Of a stretch of DNA of 64,000 nucleotides, positions 24,601 to 39,600 are shown piece after piece. A model generated the notes under the pieces. That model saw only the letters and a program-made list of their open reading frames with translations. It did no database searches and was not told the DNA's origin. Position numbers and translations under genes: made by a program. The stretch's first letter is position 1; each line of letters starts with the position of its first letter. This DNA comes from Hypanus sabinus (lineage: Eukaryota), in assembly GCF_030144855.1 (NCBI RefSeq), contig NC_082712.1:13454001-13518000 (forward strand), read 5' to 3'.

Positions 24601-27600
24601 CTGTAAAGGATGCAAGATCTGCATTAGGATCTCAGCTTGAAATGTTGACAGTTTATTCCTCTCCATAGGTGCTGCCTGATTTGCCGAGTTCCTCCAGAAT
24701 TTTGTGTTTGTTGCTTGAGATGTCCAGCTTTTGTTTATTGCTTGCCAGAAGCTTTACAAGTTCAATAATCTACCTGACAATAATGGACATTTTGATCGAG
24801 TGCTCTATTGGATTGCTGTTTGCAAAACTGTCACAGGTTCCACTGAAGTGCATTGAAGCGAGAGGTTTTACTGCTTGATGGCATTGAGCACTGGTTGTAG
24901 CCCTTTTAAAAGCCCATTCTGCCCATTGACCTCAGGCTGGCTCCATGCAAAAGCACAAACAGAAAAGATTTGGCAGATGCTGGAAATTCAGAGCCACATA
25001 AAATGCTGGAGAAACAGCAGGTCAGGCAGAATCTATGGAGGGGAATAAACTGTTGAGGTTTTGAGACAAGACCTTTCATCAAATTCCATACAGGCAACTG
25101 TGGGAATTGAACCCAGGTTGCTGGTTCTGTAACAGCATAACTGTAACCACTGTACACTGTAACCACTGTAGCAACTCGCAATTTTAGAAGGATTTATAAT
25201 CCTTCTTCACCCCATTTTCCTGCCTTCTCCACATAACCTTTGATGCCTTTAGAAGTCAAAAACCTATCAACCTCTGCATTAAGTACACCCAATGACGGTC
25301 TCCACAAACTTCTGTGGCAATAAATTCCACAGATTCAACCCCTTCTGGCTAAAGACATCCCTCCTCATCTCCATTCTAAAGGTACATCCCTCTAAGCTGA
25401 AGCTGTGCCCTATGGAGTAACACACTGGAAATGGTGGAGGAATTCAGCAGATCAGCCATCAACTACTGAGAGCAATATACAGTCATCGTTTTGGGCTGGA
25501 AAGGATGGGGACAGTCCACAATATCCTGAAATGGGAGGGTGAGCAGCCAGAGGTCGTGGTACATATTGGTACCAACGACAAAGGCAGAAAAAGGGTGGAG
25601 GTCCTAAAGACAGAATACAGGGAGATCGGAAGGAAGCTGGGAAGCAGGAGCTCGAAGATAGTAATCTCGGGATTGCTGCCTGTGCCACACGACAGTGAGT
25701 ATAGGAATAGAATGAGATGGAGGATCAATGTGTGGCTGAAGGATTTTTGGATCATTGGGACCTGTTCTGGGGCAGGTATGACCTGTACAAAGAGGACGGG
25801 TTGCACTTGAATCTGAGGGGGACCAATATCCTTGCGGGGAGGTTTGCTAAGGCTGTTGGGGAGGGTTTAAACTAGAATTGCAGTGGTGTGGGAACCGAAG
25901 TGAAGAGGCAGAAGATGGGGAGGTTGGAACACAAGTAGAGACAGTAGTGAGTTTGTGAGGAGGGATGGGCAGATGTTAGAGCGAAGTTGCACTCAGCCTT
26001 TTGGTTTGAGATGTGTCTATTTTCATGCAAGGAGTATCATAAACAAGTCTGATTAACTTAGAGCGTGGATCAATACATTGACGTTGTGGTCATTACAGAG
26101 ACTTGGATGCCTCAGGAATAGGAATGGCTGCTGATTATGCCCGGCTTCAGAGGTTTCAAAAAGAACAGAGAGGGAGGCAAAAGAGCTGGGGGCATGACAT
26201 TGCTAATTAGGGATAGTGTCATGGCTGCAGAAAAGGAGGAAGTCATGGAGGGATGGTCTACTGAGTTAGTGTGGGTGGAGGTCACAAACAGAAAGGGGTA
26301 ATAACTCTACTGGGTGTTTTTATAGACCCTGCAATAGTAATGTGGATACTGAGGAGTAGATAGGGAGACAGATTATTCTAATAATAAGGTTGTTGTGATT
26401 GGTGATTTTAACTGTCCTACTATTGACTGGAATCTCCCTAGAGAGAGGGGTTTAATGGGGTGGAGTTTGTTAGGTGTGTTCAGGAAGGCTTTCTGACACA
26501 ATATGTAGATAAGCCAACAAGAGGAGAGGCTGTACTCGATCTGGTATTGGGAAATGAACCTGGTCATGTGTCAGATCTCTCTGTGGGAGAACATTTTGGA
26601 GGTAATGAGCACAACTCTGTCTTCTTCACCATAGCTCTGAAGAGGGATAGGAGCGGACAATTTGGGAAAACACGTAATTGGGGTCGGGGGAAATATGATG
26701 CTGTTAGGCAGTGTGATGAACCCCTAGGTCTATCTTGCCGTGGACTGTCATTTTAAGAGAGAATGCCTGTGAGGTCAGCCACCAGCTTTCTCAGCTCCTG
26801 TTTGATTCTCACTAAGAGAGAGAGAGGGGCAGAACTGTTCACCTCTGCAGCTTGTTTTGATTTAAGCGAGGACACTCACTCACACACAGTCAGTCGCAGT
26901 TGGAGTCGGACAAGGGAAGGAAGCCAGTGACTAAGGGGTCATGGTTGGAACTTCCGAGTGCCCACAAGGGTGGGTTGTGCATTGACCCAGCACGTTGATA
27001 AGTGGCTATCACGTTGTGTGAATGGGGGCAATCTTGTGGAATCTACCTATGTGTTAACCCTTGCCTGGGTGGTAGTTCCATTTGTAGTTCCCTTATCCTT
27101 GTGATAAGCTACTATTGGTGATAATCTGTAAAAGGATTTGGAATAACAATGGATAAATCCTATGGCAATTGTTATCTTGTTTTACCACCATGGAACTTGT
27201 GGAATACGACATAAATGCCCTCTCTCGACATTCACCTTGGATTACAAATCTCTCTCTCACATCATTTAATCTGAGGATGAACTGAACTTTCATACCTCAC
27301 CATCTCACGATTTTAAGCCTGGAGCCCCCCCGCCCCCCGAGCTCAGTAGTTTGGGAGTTATATTTACACATATGGATACTCATAACACTGTTAACTTTTG
27401 ATTATTCTTGTTTACACTGCTATGTTAAGTAGATACTAATAAAGATAGTGGTTTCAACATCAAAACCAGACTACAGGCGTGGTCTATTGCTGCTGGTTCA
27501 TTTAAACCATTATGGGTACGTAACAAACAGGAACTTAGGAGAATAAATTGGGAGATGTTCTCAATGAAATGCACGGCTAAAATGTGTCAAATATTCAGGG

Positions 27601-30600
27601 AAGATTTGCATGGAGTTCTGCATAGGTATGTTCCATTGAGGCAAGGAAAGGTTGGTAGGGTTAATGAACCATGGTGTACAAAGGATGTAGAAAATCTAGT
27701 TAAGCAGAAAAGAAAAGCGTACGAAAGGTTCAAGAAACTAGGTACTGTTAGAGCTCTAGAAAATTCCAAGGTTGCTAGGAAGGAGCTTAAGAATGGAATT
27801 AGGAGAGCCAGAAGGGGCCATGAGAAGGTCTTGGTGAGCAGGATTAAGGAAAACCCTAAACATTCTACAAGTATGTGAAGAGCACGAGGATGACCCGTGT
27901 GAGAATAGGACCCATTAGGTGCGATGGTGGAAACGTGTGCATGGAGAGAGAATGTGCCAGACCTTTCGAAAAGCATAAAGTTAGATAGTTCACTGGGACT
28001 GGATGAGATATAGCCCAGGCTACTGTGGGAAGTGAGGGAGGAGATTGCTGAGCTTCTTGCGATGATTGTTGCATCATCGATAGGAATGGGAGAAGTACCA
28101 GAGTATTGGAAGTTTACAAATGTTGTTCCCTTGATCAAGAAAGGGAGTAGAGATAACCCAGGAAAGTATGGACCAGGGAGTCTGACTTCAGTGGTGGGCA
28201 ATTTCCTGGACAATATCCTGAAAGGCAGGATTTATGAGTATTTGGAGAGACATCATCTGATTAGGGATAATCAGCATGGCTTTGTCAAGGGCAGGTCGTG
28301 CCTTACGAGCCTGATTGAAGTCCCTGAGGATGTAACAAAACACATGGATGAAGGTAAATCAGCTGATGTAGTGAATATGGATTTCATTTGGGCATTCCAT
28401 AAGGTTTCCCATGCAAGGCTCCTTCGGAAAGTCAGGAGGCATGGGATCCAAGGAGACCTTGATTTGTGGATCCAGAATTGGCTTGACCACAGAAGACAAA
28501 GGGTGACGTAGATGGTCCATGTTCTGCATGGAGGTCGGTGGACTGTGGAGTTTCGCCAGGATCTGTACTGGTTTCCGTCCTCCTTGTAATTTTTAAGTGA
28601 CCTGGATGAAGAAGTAGAAGGATGGGTTAGAAAGTTTGCTGATGACACAAAGATTGGAGGTGTTTTGGATAGTGTGGAGGGCTGTCAGAGGCGACAGTGG
28701 GAAATTGATAGGATGCAGAACTGGGCTGAGAAGTGGCATATAGACTTCAACCTGGATAAGTGTGAAGTGGTTCATTTTGGTAGGTCAAATATGATGGCAG
28801 AATATACTATTAATGGTAAGTCTTGGCAGTGTGGAGGATCAAAGAGATCATTGGGTCTGTGTTCATAGGACACTCAAAGCTGCTGCACAGGTTGACAGTG
28901 TTGTTAAGAAGGTATATGGTGTGTTGGCATTTATCAGTTGTCGGATTGAGTTCAAGAGCCATGAGGTAATGTTACAGCGATATAAGACCCTGGTCAGACC
29001 CTACTTGGAGTACTGTGCTTAGTTCTGGTCACTTCACTACAGGAAGAATGTGGATACTATAGAGAGTGTGAAGAGGAGATTTACGAGAATGTTGCCTGGA
29101 TTGGGGAGCATACCTTATGAGAATAGGTTGAGTGATCTTGGCCTTTTCTCCTTGGAGTGACGGAGGATGAGAGGTGACCTGATAGGGGTGTATAAGATGA
29201 CGAGGGGCATTGATCATGTTGATACCCAGAGGCTTTTTCCCAGGGCTGAAATGGCTAAAATGAGGGGGAATAGTTTGAAGGTGCTTGGAAATAGGTACCG
29301 AGGTGATGTCAGGAGTCAGTTTTTCACACAGAGAGTGGTGAGTGCGTGGAATGCACTGTCAGTGGCGGTGATGAAAGTGTACAATAGGGTCTTTTAAGAG
29401 CCCCTTAGGTAGGTACGTGGAGCTTAGAAAAATAGAGAACTATGCGCTAGGGAAATTCTAGGCCGTTTTTAGAGCAGGTTTCCATGGTTGGTACAACATT
29501 ATGCTACGAAGCACCTGCAATGTTCTGTAAATTTCTATGTTCTGTGTTCTAAGACAATATACAAAGGTGGGGGGGAGGGGATGGAGTACAAGATGGTGGT
29601 GAGAGAAGAGACCAGGTGAGAGAGAGGGTGTCTGGGTAGGGCAGTGGAATGAAGTAAGAAGCTAGGAGGTGATAGGTGGAAAAGGTAAAGTGCTGAAGAA
29701 GAAGGGATCTGATAGGATAGGAGAGTAGACCATGGGAGGAAAGGATGGAGAAGGGGAATCAGAGGGAGGTGATAGGCAGGTAAGGAGAAAAGGAGGGCGT
29801 ATCAGAGAGAAGGGAGAAGGGAGGAGAAATTACCACAACTTGGAGAAATCGATGCTGATGCTGTCAGGGTGGAGGCCCCCCCCCCCACCGATGGAATCTG
29901 AGATGTTCTTCCACCAAATGACTATAGGAAAGATGCTCTCCAAATCCATTCTACCTAGGCCTATCAATATTCGAACCGACTACAGGAACAATCCTCTCCA
30001 CATCCACTCTATCTAGGCCTATAGGTTACCTATCAGGTTGCAAAGAGATCCCCCCTCAATGACTATAACCTCTTGATTCTTATTCTCGGTGTCCTTTCCC
30101 CTCCTCCACCCAGGCTAAAGTCATGAAGTTTTGTTGCAGCCTTATAAGACTCTAGCTAGGCCACATCTGGAGTATTGTGTACAGTTCTGGTCACCCCACT
30201 GTAGGAGGCATGTTGAGGCTTTGGAGAGGGTACAGACGAGGTTCACCAGGATGATGCCTGGATTAGAGGGCATGTGCTATATGTTTTCTCTGGAGCGACG
30301 GAGTCTGAGGGGAGATTTGATAGAGTTTGTAAGATTATGAGAGGCACAGAGAGAGCAGACAGAGAGTATCTTCCTCCCAGTGTTGAAATGTCTAACACCA
30401 AAGGGCTGCGTTGAAGGTGAAAGGGGTTTAGAGGGGATGTGAGGGGTAAATGTTTTACACAGACAGTGCCGGGTGACTGGAATGCTCTGCCTGGGGAGGT
30501 GTTACAGGCAGATACATTAGTGGCTTTTAAGAGACATTTTGATCAGCACATGAACAGACATTGGACATTGAAATGGACATTGTGTAGGCAGAGGGGTTAG

Positions 30601-33600
30601 TTTAGTAGGTCACTAATTTAATTGGTTTAGCACAACATTGTGGGCCGAAGGGCCTGTGCCTGTGCTCTACTGCTCTGTGTTGTATGTTCTCATGTTAAAT
30701 ACAGTAAATCTATGGTCATCTGCTACTGAGAAATCCCGGTTGTTGCCTCCCTGGCTCACCAGGTGCCTGTGGTTCACGGAGCCATTCTGTTTCCCATTAT
30801 CAGGTAATAAAAATGAACTTCTGACATCACGATCGACCACAACGTGAGTAACACACAAAATGCTGGAGGATCTCAGCAGCTCAGGCAGCTTCTATGGAGG
30901 GGAATAAACAGTCAATATTTTGGCCTGGGACCCTTCACCAGGACTGGAAAGGAAGGTGAAAGATGCCAGAATCTGGTGGTGAGGGGAGAGGGACTGGCTG
31001 GGTTGTTCTTACACAGGGCCAGTATGAACTCAATGGGCTGAATGTCCTCCTGAATGCTGCAACTGTTCCGTCACTCCGAGTTAATTCCAAGAGCTCTCCT
31101 CTCCGTAACCGGTGCCCCCGATTCTCCAATCACTTCCCCACCTGAAAATGAAGTGGCAGGATTGTAAAAGCCATCGGCCCCAGGGAACAGACGACAATGA
31201 CAAACCCCCGAAACCCTGACTCGACCCTAGCCTGTAACGCTCTATATTTCAATAAGAGTCTGAGGTGAACTGGTTTGTCACCGGAGACACTGGCAAATTT
31301 CTACAGAGATACCTGGGGAGCGTTCTAACTGGCTGCATCACCGTCTGGTCTGGTGGGGCCTCTGCTCAGGGTCAGAAAGACCAGCAGAAAGTTACAAACT
31401 CAGTCAGCTCCATCATGAGCACTGGTGTCCCCAGCACCCAGGACACCTTCAAAATGCAACGCCTCAAAAAGGCGGCATCCATCATTACGGACCCAGCACC
31501 CAGGACATGCCCTCTTCTCATTGCCACCATCAGGGAGGAGGAACAGGAGCCTGAAGACACACACTCACCGATTCAGGAACAGCTTCTTCCCCTCCACCAT
31601 CAGATTTCTGAATGGTCAATGAATCCATGAGCTCTTCCTCAGAATTTTTCCACTCTTTTTGCCCAACTTGTTTATTTCCTTTCCTTAGTTTATATGCACT
31701 GACTGCAATTTATAGGTTTTATTATTATACATTGCCTTGAACTGCTGCCGCAAAACAACAAATTTCATGACATACGCCAGTGATGCAATCTCGTTGTCTA
31801 TTCTATTGTTTCTATATTAAATCTGATTCTGATTCTGACGTAACCCCCACTCCGGTCTCTACAGCACCAGACCGCAGCGTGTAGCCCACTCCTGAGTATC
31901 CATTATTGCACATGTAAACCCCCCAGCCTGGACCCTCCTATGGATCACAGCCTGTTCCCAGTCCTGACTATCCATTACTGATCATTTAGTTGTCAGGCCC
32001 TGCTGGTGTATCTGGAAGATCGCTGAAAGCCTGTGTCAATCAACTGTTGAGAAAGATGAAGGATGTCTTCAATCCTTCACTGCTGCAGTCAGAGGCCCCA
32101 CCTGCTTCAAAAGGGTAACATCAGACCGGTCGGTGCCCAGGCAGAGCAGGGTGAGCTGCCTTAACGACCATCACCCAGTGGCACTCACATCTACTGCCAT
32201 GAAATGCCTTGAGAGGTTGGTCTTGGCTGGAATCCACTCCTGCCTCACGAAGAGCCTGGGCCCATGGCAATTTGCCCGTCACCACAACAGGTCTACAGTA
32301 GATGCAATCTCACTGGCTTCTCACGTGGCCTTGGCTCACCCGGACAACAGCAAAACCTTTGCACTGCTTATCAAATTGAACTTTTATATATATTTATTGT
32401 AAAGTTGGAGGTGAAGTTAATGAAGTCGACGAGCTCAGCATGTGTGCAGGAAGCAGCGCCGATGCAGTCGTCGATATAACGTAAGAAAAGAGGAGTACAG
32501 ATACCGGTGTAGGCTTGGAACATAGATTGCTCCACATGGCCGACAAAAAGGCAGGCATAGCTAGGACCCATGCGGGTGCCCATGGCTACACCTTTAGTTT
32601 GGAGGAAGTGGGAGGAGCCAAGGAGAAATTGTTAAGCGTGACGACTAATTCCGCAAGGCGCAGAAGAGTGGTGGTAGAGGGTGACTGACTGGGTCTGGAA
32701 TCCAGGAAGAAACGGAGAGCTCGGAGACCTTCCTGGTGGGGGATAGAGGTATATAGGGACTGGACGTCCATGGTGAAAATGAGGTGGTGGGGGCCAGGAA
32801 ACTTGAAATCTTTGAAGAGATGTAAAGCATGGGAAGAATCACGGACATAGGTGGGAAGGGTTTGAACAAGGGGAGATAAAACAGAGTCGAGATAGGCAGA
32901 AATGAGTTCAGTGGGGCAGGAGCAAGCAGAGACAATGGGTCTGCCTGGACAGGCAGGTTTGTGAATCTCCATGTCTGTTTCCCAGATTTTTCACCCACTT
33001 TCCCCACCTTCCCCACGCTTGACCCGGTTCCACCTGCCAGACGCATCTCCCCCAGTGGGTCCCATTCTCATCTCAGAGTATCAGGCTGGAGAGTGAGTCC
33101 TTGGTGGTCCTCCCTCAAACAACTGATTACAATCACCTCTCTCCATCTGAATCTCCTTTCCTTCCCTCTTCTCTATCTGTCACCACTTACCACATCTCCC
33201 ATCTCCCTTCCCCCTCCCTACCCAGCACAACCTGCCCTTAACCTCACACCCCACCTCAATCACCTCAGACCCGTCTCACCCCACCTCAATCCTCAATCAC
33301 CTGATACTCCTGTCCCACCCTCCTCAATCTATCGATCACCTCAGTATCCTGTCCCACCCCTCCTCTATCACCTCTGACTCCTCTCTCACCCCTCCTCTGT
33401 CAATCAATCACCTCAGATTCCAGTTTCACTTCCCCTTTCCCTCTGGCCATTCGACATTCCTCTAACAGTTCCGATGCAAACCAAGACTTCAACGTCTTTT
33501 CACACCCACAGATGCAGCTCGACCAGCTGAATTCCTTCAGCAGATTGTTGTTCAAATATGGTCCTCTATCTCTCTCTCTCTCACTCAATTTCTCACTCAC

Positions 33601-36600
33601 TCTCTCTATCACTGCCTCTCTCTCTCCCTCCTCTCTCTATCACTGCCTCTCTCTCTCCCTCCTCTCTCTTTCACTGTTTCTCTCTATCTCACTCTCTCTC
33701 ATTCACTCTCTCACACTCATTCACTATCTCTCTCTGACTCTCTCATTCACTCACTCACATACACTCTCACTATCTCTCTGTCCCCAGACTATTCGATGAA
33801 TGGTTGGACAATGTCCGGCGCTGATGAGGTCTCTGCGGTGGAAGGAGCCTCCGCCGTGTTACCGTGTACTTTCACCCACCCACCTCCTGATGTCGCCCTG
33901 AACGGCTCCGTGATCTGGAACAAGACCGAACCAGGTGCTACAAAACCGGTGTTTAAGTGCACATATCCCGGTTCCGGCCCCTCCGGGTGCGATACAACGA
34001 CACAGGAGGCTGGAGGAGGGCGGTTCGGATTCGTGGGGAACCTCAGTCGGAGAGATGCCTCGATAATGGTGGAGCCTCTGAACCGGAGTGACGGTGGTCG
34101 GTATCGGTGCCGGGTGGAGCTCAATGTTAACAGCTTTCAAACGGTGGTTCCAACAGATCTGTCTGTGAGAGGTGAGGACCGATGTTTAAGCATTGAGTTG
34201 TAAAACTACACTAATCATTTCACATTTTATCTCACTGAAAACTCATTTTATTCATAATGTACAAGTATATTTTGCAGGATGATCATGTCAAATAGATGTG
34301 ATTGTCATGTGCACTAGCACATAGAACAACAGCACCGTACAGGCCCTTCAGCCCACAATGTTGTGCTGACCCTTAAACCTGCTCCAAGATCAATCTCACC
34401 CCCTTGCCTCCCACATACCCCGCCATTTCTATAACATCCGTGTCTCTAAGAGTCTCTCCCCACCNNNNNNNNNNNNNNNNNNNNNNNNNNNNNNNNNNNN
34501 NNNNNNNNNNNNNNNNNNNNNNNNNNNNNNNNNNNNNNNNNNNNNNNNNNNNNNNNNNNNNNNNNNNNNNNNNNNNNNNNNNNNNNNNNNNNNNNNNNNN
34601 NNNNNNNNNNNNNNNNNNNNNNNNNNNNNNNNNNNNNNNNNNNNNNNNNNNNNNNNNNNNNNNNNNNNNNNNNNNNNNNNNNNNNNNNNNNNNNNNNNNN
34701 NNNNNNNNNNNNNNNNNNNNNNNNNNNNNNNNNNNNNNNNNNNNNNNNNGCTGCCATTTCAGTCAGCAATGAAGGGCCTCCATCTCTGGCAGCATTCAGG
34801 GCTTCCTTCATCGTGTCAGTAGCTTCCTCTCGGTTTTCACTGCTGTCAGTCATACAATTCCCGAGTGGGACTCAGGAATACCGTCACACTCAGATGTCGA
34901 AGGATTCTCCATTGCTGTTTCCATAACAACACTGTTTTACCCGTCAGGGTTGTTACCCTGAGCTGAACCCCCGAACCTGGAGGATCAGTGATCCTCTCTT
35001 ACAGAGAATATAGAAACAGAAATCTACAGCACATTCCAGGCCATTCAGCCCACAATGCTGTACTGACCATGTAACCTACTCTAGAGAGATTACCTCTTTC
35101 TTTTTCAATCTTTTTATTATTTTTTATAAAAAAAAACAAAACATAATATTATGTTAAATAGGTTATGAATACAATAGATTTGAAATTAAATTAGTAACAA
35201 GATAACAATATCTTATTAAACTATCAGCGAAAAAAGATCGTACAATAATCAATCTAATCTACATTGATTATACATGAAAAAGATTAAAAATAATCATCAA
35301 AAGAAAAAAAAGTATAAAATACAAGAAAAAATGTATATTTAAGAAAATAATGAAAAAAAAATAAACCTAAACTAACATGGGCAATAATAATAGTTTATAT
35401 GTATATGATAGTGTCAGAAAACTCCGGAACTCCATACCAGAACAAGAATAATAAGAATAAAGGTCCGGAAGAAGCCAAATTAATTCATATGAAAGTGTCG
35501 AATGAATGGTCCCCAAGTTTCTTCAAATTTAATTGATGAATCAAAAATAGTACTTATAATTTTCTCTAAACTTAAACAAGAAATAGTTTGAGAGAACCAC
35601 TGAAATGTGGTAGGAGGATTTACTTCTTTCCAATTTTGTAATATAGATCTCCTGGCCATTAATGTTACAAAGGCAATCATTCGTCTGATTGAAGGGGAGA
35701 ATTGACTATCATCTTCATTTGGTATACCAAAAATTGCAGTGATAAAATGAGGTTGTAAATCAATATTCCAAATTGAGGAAATGGTAGCAAATATGTCCTT
35801 CCAATAGTTATGTAAAGTAGGACATGACCAAAACATGTGGGTCAATGAAGCCACATCTGAATGACATCTGTCACATTGAGGGTTAATATGAGAATAAAAC
35901 CGAGCAAGCTTATCTTTAGACATATGAGCTCTATGTACAATTTTAAATTGTATTAAAGCATGTTTAGCACATATAGAAGAAGAATTAACCATTTGTAAAA
36001 TTTTTTCCCATTTTTCCATTGAAATATTGTATTGAAGTTCTTTTTCCCATTCCTGTTTAATTCTACCCGATACCTCTGGTTGTATTTTCATAACCATATT
36101 ATAAGTAAGAGGCACTAATCTCTTCTGACAGGGATTTAAAGTAAAAATCATATCTGAAAAATCTATCAAAGTTGAATTAGGAAAGGATGGTAAAACTTTA
36201 TGCAAAAAGTTTCTAATTTGTAAATATCTAAAAAAATTAGATTTAGGTAATTTAAATTTGTTAGAAAGTTGATCAAAAGACATCAAACTACCTTCAGAAA
36301 AAAGATCACAAAAACATATTATACCTTTCCTTTTCCATATGCTAAAAGCTTGATCTATTAAAGAAGGTTTAAAGAAAAAATTAAGATAGGGCTATCAAGA
36401 ACAAAGTTTTTTTAGAGTAAAAAATTTACGAAATTGAAACCAAATTCGTATGTATGTTTGACAATAGGGTTAGATATCTGTTTATTAAGTTTAACTAAAT
36501 CAACAGGGAGAGAAGAACCAAGAACAGAAAATAGAGAATATCCTTGTGTATCATTACATTCTAAATTTACCCACTGTGGGCACAATGGTAAATCTAAATC

Positions 36601-39600
36601 TAATTTCCAGTATAATAAATTCCGAATATTATTCGCCCAATAGTAAAATCTAAAATTGGGTAAAGCTAAACCACCATCTTTTTTAGATTTCTGTAACTGT
36701 CTTTTACTTAATCTGGGGTTTTTATTTTGCCACACAAATGAGGAAATTTTGGAATCAATGCTAACAAAAAAAGACTTAGGAATAAAAATTGGTAAGGCTT
36801 GAAATAAATATAAAAATTTCGGTAAAATCATCATTTTAACAGCATTGATCCGACCAAACAATGATAAGGATAAAGGAGACCATCTAGTAGTAAGTTGTTG
36901 AATTTGATGAAGCATAGGTAAAAAATTCAATCTGAATAAATCTTTATATTTCTTGGTAATTTTTATACCTAAATAAATAAAATTGTCAGTAACAATTTTA
37001 AATGGTATCCTGTCATTCAGTAAAGTTTGTGCATTTAAAGGGAAGAGTTCACTCTTATCCAAATTTAATTTGTAACCAGAAAAACTACCAAATTGAACCA
37101 ACAAGGATAGAATAGCGGGAATAGAATTATCAGGATCAGAAATATATAACAACAAGTCATCAGCATAGAGCGATAACTTGTATAATTTCTCATTACGGGT
37201 AATACCAAAAATATTAGGGGATTCACGAATAGCAATGGCTAAAGGTTCTAATGCAATATTAAATAATAAAGGACTTAAGGGACAACCTTGTCTCGTACCA
37301 CGAGATAATTGAAAAAAAGAGGATCTATAATTATTCGTAAGGACAGAAGCAACAGGTTTATAATATATTAATTTAATCCATGATATAAAATTAGAACTAA
37401 AGTTAAAATGTTTCAAGGCATTAAATAAGTATGTCCATTCAACTCTATCAAAAGCTTTTTCAGCATCTAATGAAATAACACATTCTGGGGTTGTGGATGA
37501 GGAAGTGTAAATTATATTGATCAATTTTCTAACATTAAAAAAGGAGTATCGGTTCCTAATGAAACCAGTTTGATCTCCTGAAATAATCTGTGATAGTACC
37601 TTTTCTAACCTAATAGCTAAAATTTTTGTAAGAATCTTAGAGTCTACATTTAGTAACGATATAGGGCGATAAGATGCACATAAAGTAGGATCTTTATCTT
37701 TTTTAAGAATTAAAGAAATAGTAGCTTCATAAAAAGACTGGGGTAGTCTCTTCTTAATAAATGCATCATTAAAGATTTCACATAACCAAGGGGAAAGCAA
37801 AGAAGAAAAAGTTTTAAAAAATTCTATAATATAACCATCGGGGCCAGGAGCTTTCCCTGAATTCATCGATGAAATAGCCTCTCCTACCTCCGCCATAGAA
37901 ATAGGAGCATCAAATAAACTTCGATCTTCATCTGTCAGTTTGGGAATATTCAAATTGTTAAAAAAATTATCCATCATAGACATATCACCATCAAATTCTG
38001 ATTGATATAAAGATTTATAAAAATCTTGGAAAGTATTATTAATTTCTTTATGATCAATAGTCAGATTACCGTCTTGTTTACAAATTTTAATAATTTGTCA
38101 CTTAGTCGAAATAGCTTTTAATTGATTAGCTAACAATTTACCAGTTCGATCACTATGAATATAAAATTGAGCCCTGGTCTTAATTAATTGATTCTCAATT
38201 GAAGAAGATAACAGTAAGCTATGTTCCATTTGCAGCTCAACTCTCTTCTTATAAAGTTCCTTGGTAGGAGTAACGGAATAAATCTTATCAATTTCTTTAA
38301 TTTTATCCACCAATAAAGCTATATCTAAATATCTTTGTTTTCTTTTCCCAGCAGAATGTGAGATAATTTGTCCATGAATAAAAGCCTTAAAAGAGTCCCA
38401 AAGTATTCCTCTGTCAATCTCTTCGGTATAGTTTGTTGAAAAAGAGAGATTACCTCAGGGCTCTTGAACTCAATCCCACAGCTGATGAATGCCAGTACAC
38501 CAGACACCTTCTTAACACCACTGTCAACCTGTGCAGCAGCTTTGAGTGTCCTATGGACAGAGTCCCCAAGATCCAGCTCATCCTCCACACTGCCACCAGT
38601 CTTACCATTCATATATTCTGTATTCAAATTTGACCTACCAGAATGAATCACTTCACACTTATCTGGGTTGAACTCCATCTGTTCTACACACCCTCCACTC
38701 TGTGTGTAATGAACCTGCCTCTGACCTCTGACATCCCCCCAATACTTTCCAGGAAAAGTCTCTGGCTGTCTGCTCGATTATGCCTCTTATCATCTTGTTC
38801 ACCTCTATCAAGTCACCTCTCATCTTTCTTCACTCCCAAGAGAAATTCTCCAGCTCGCTCAACCTTTCCTCATTAAACATCCTCTCTGGTCCAGGCAGCA
38901 TCCTGGTCGATCTCCTCTACATCCTCACGAAAGCTTCCTCATCCTTCCTGTAATGAGGTGAGTGGAACTGAACTTACTTGCTGCTGCAGGGATGATTTTC
39001 ATTGCATGTCTGCCTACGTGTCTGCACAGGTACAGTGAAAATCCAGTTGCCGTAGCAACACAGGCACAGAGCGTTGCATCAGAAAAGCAGCAATCAAGGT
39101 CAAGTTTATTGCCATCTGACTGTACACAGATACAGAACGTCAAGGTGTCTTGTACATCAGTCAATGAAAGTAAGCATGCAGGTACAGCAGGCAGTGAAGA
39201 AAGCTAATGACATGCTGGCTTTTATAACAAGAGGAATTGAGTATAGGAGTAAAGAGGTCCTTCTGCAGTTGTACAGGGCCCTGGTGAGACCTCACCTGGA
39301 GTACTGTGTGCAGTTTTGGTCTCCAAATTTGAAGAAGGACATTCTTGCTATTGAGGGAGTGCAGCGTAGGTTCACAAGGTTAATTCCCGGAATGACGGGA
39401 CTGTTATATGTTGAAAGATTGGAGTGACTGGGCTTGTATACACTGGAATTTAGAAGGATGAGAGGGGATCTGATTGAGACATATAAGATTATTAAGGGAT
39501 TGGACATGCTGGAGGCAGGAAGCATGTTCTGGCTGATGGGTGAGTCCAGAACTAGAGGCCACAGTTTAAGAATAAGGGGTAGGCCATTTAGAACTGAGAT

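Noticed and set aside
24749-24856. Protein-like 35-codon stretch [25 protein letters not shown].. after an AG
   Set aside because: Phase 0 start is incompatible with the leader exon, there is no good donor, and I recognise no family.
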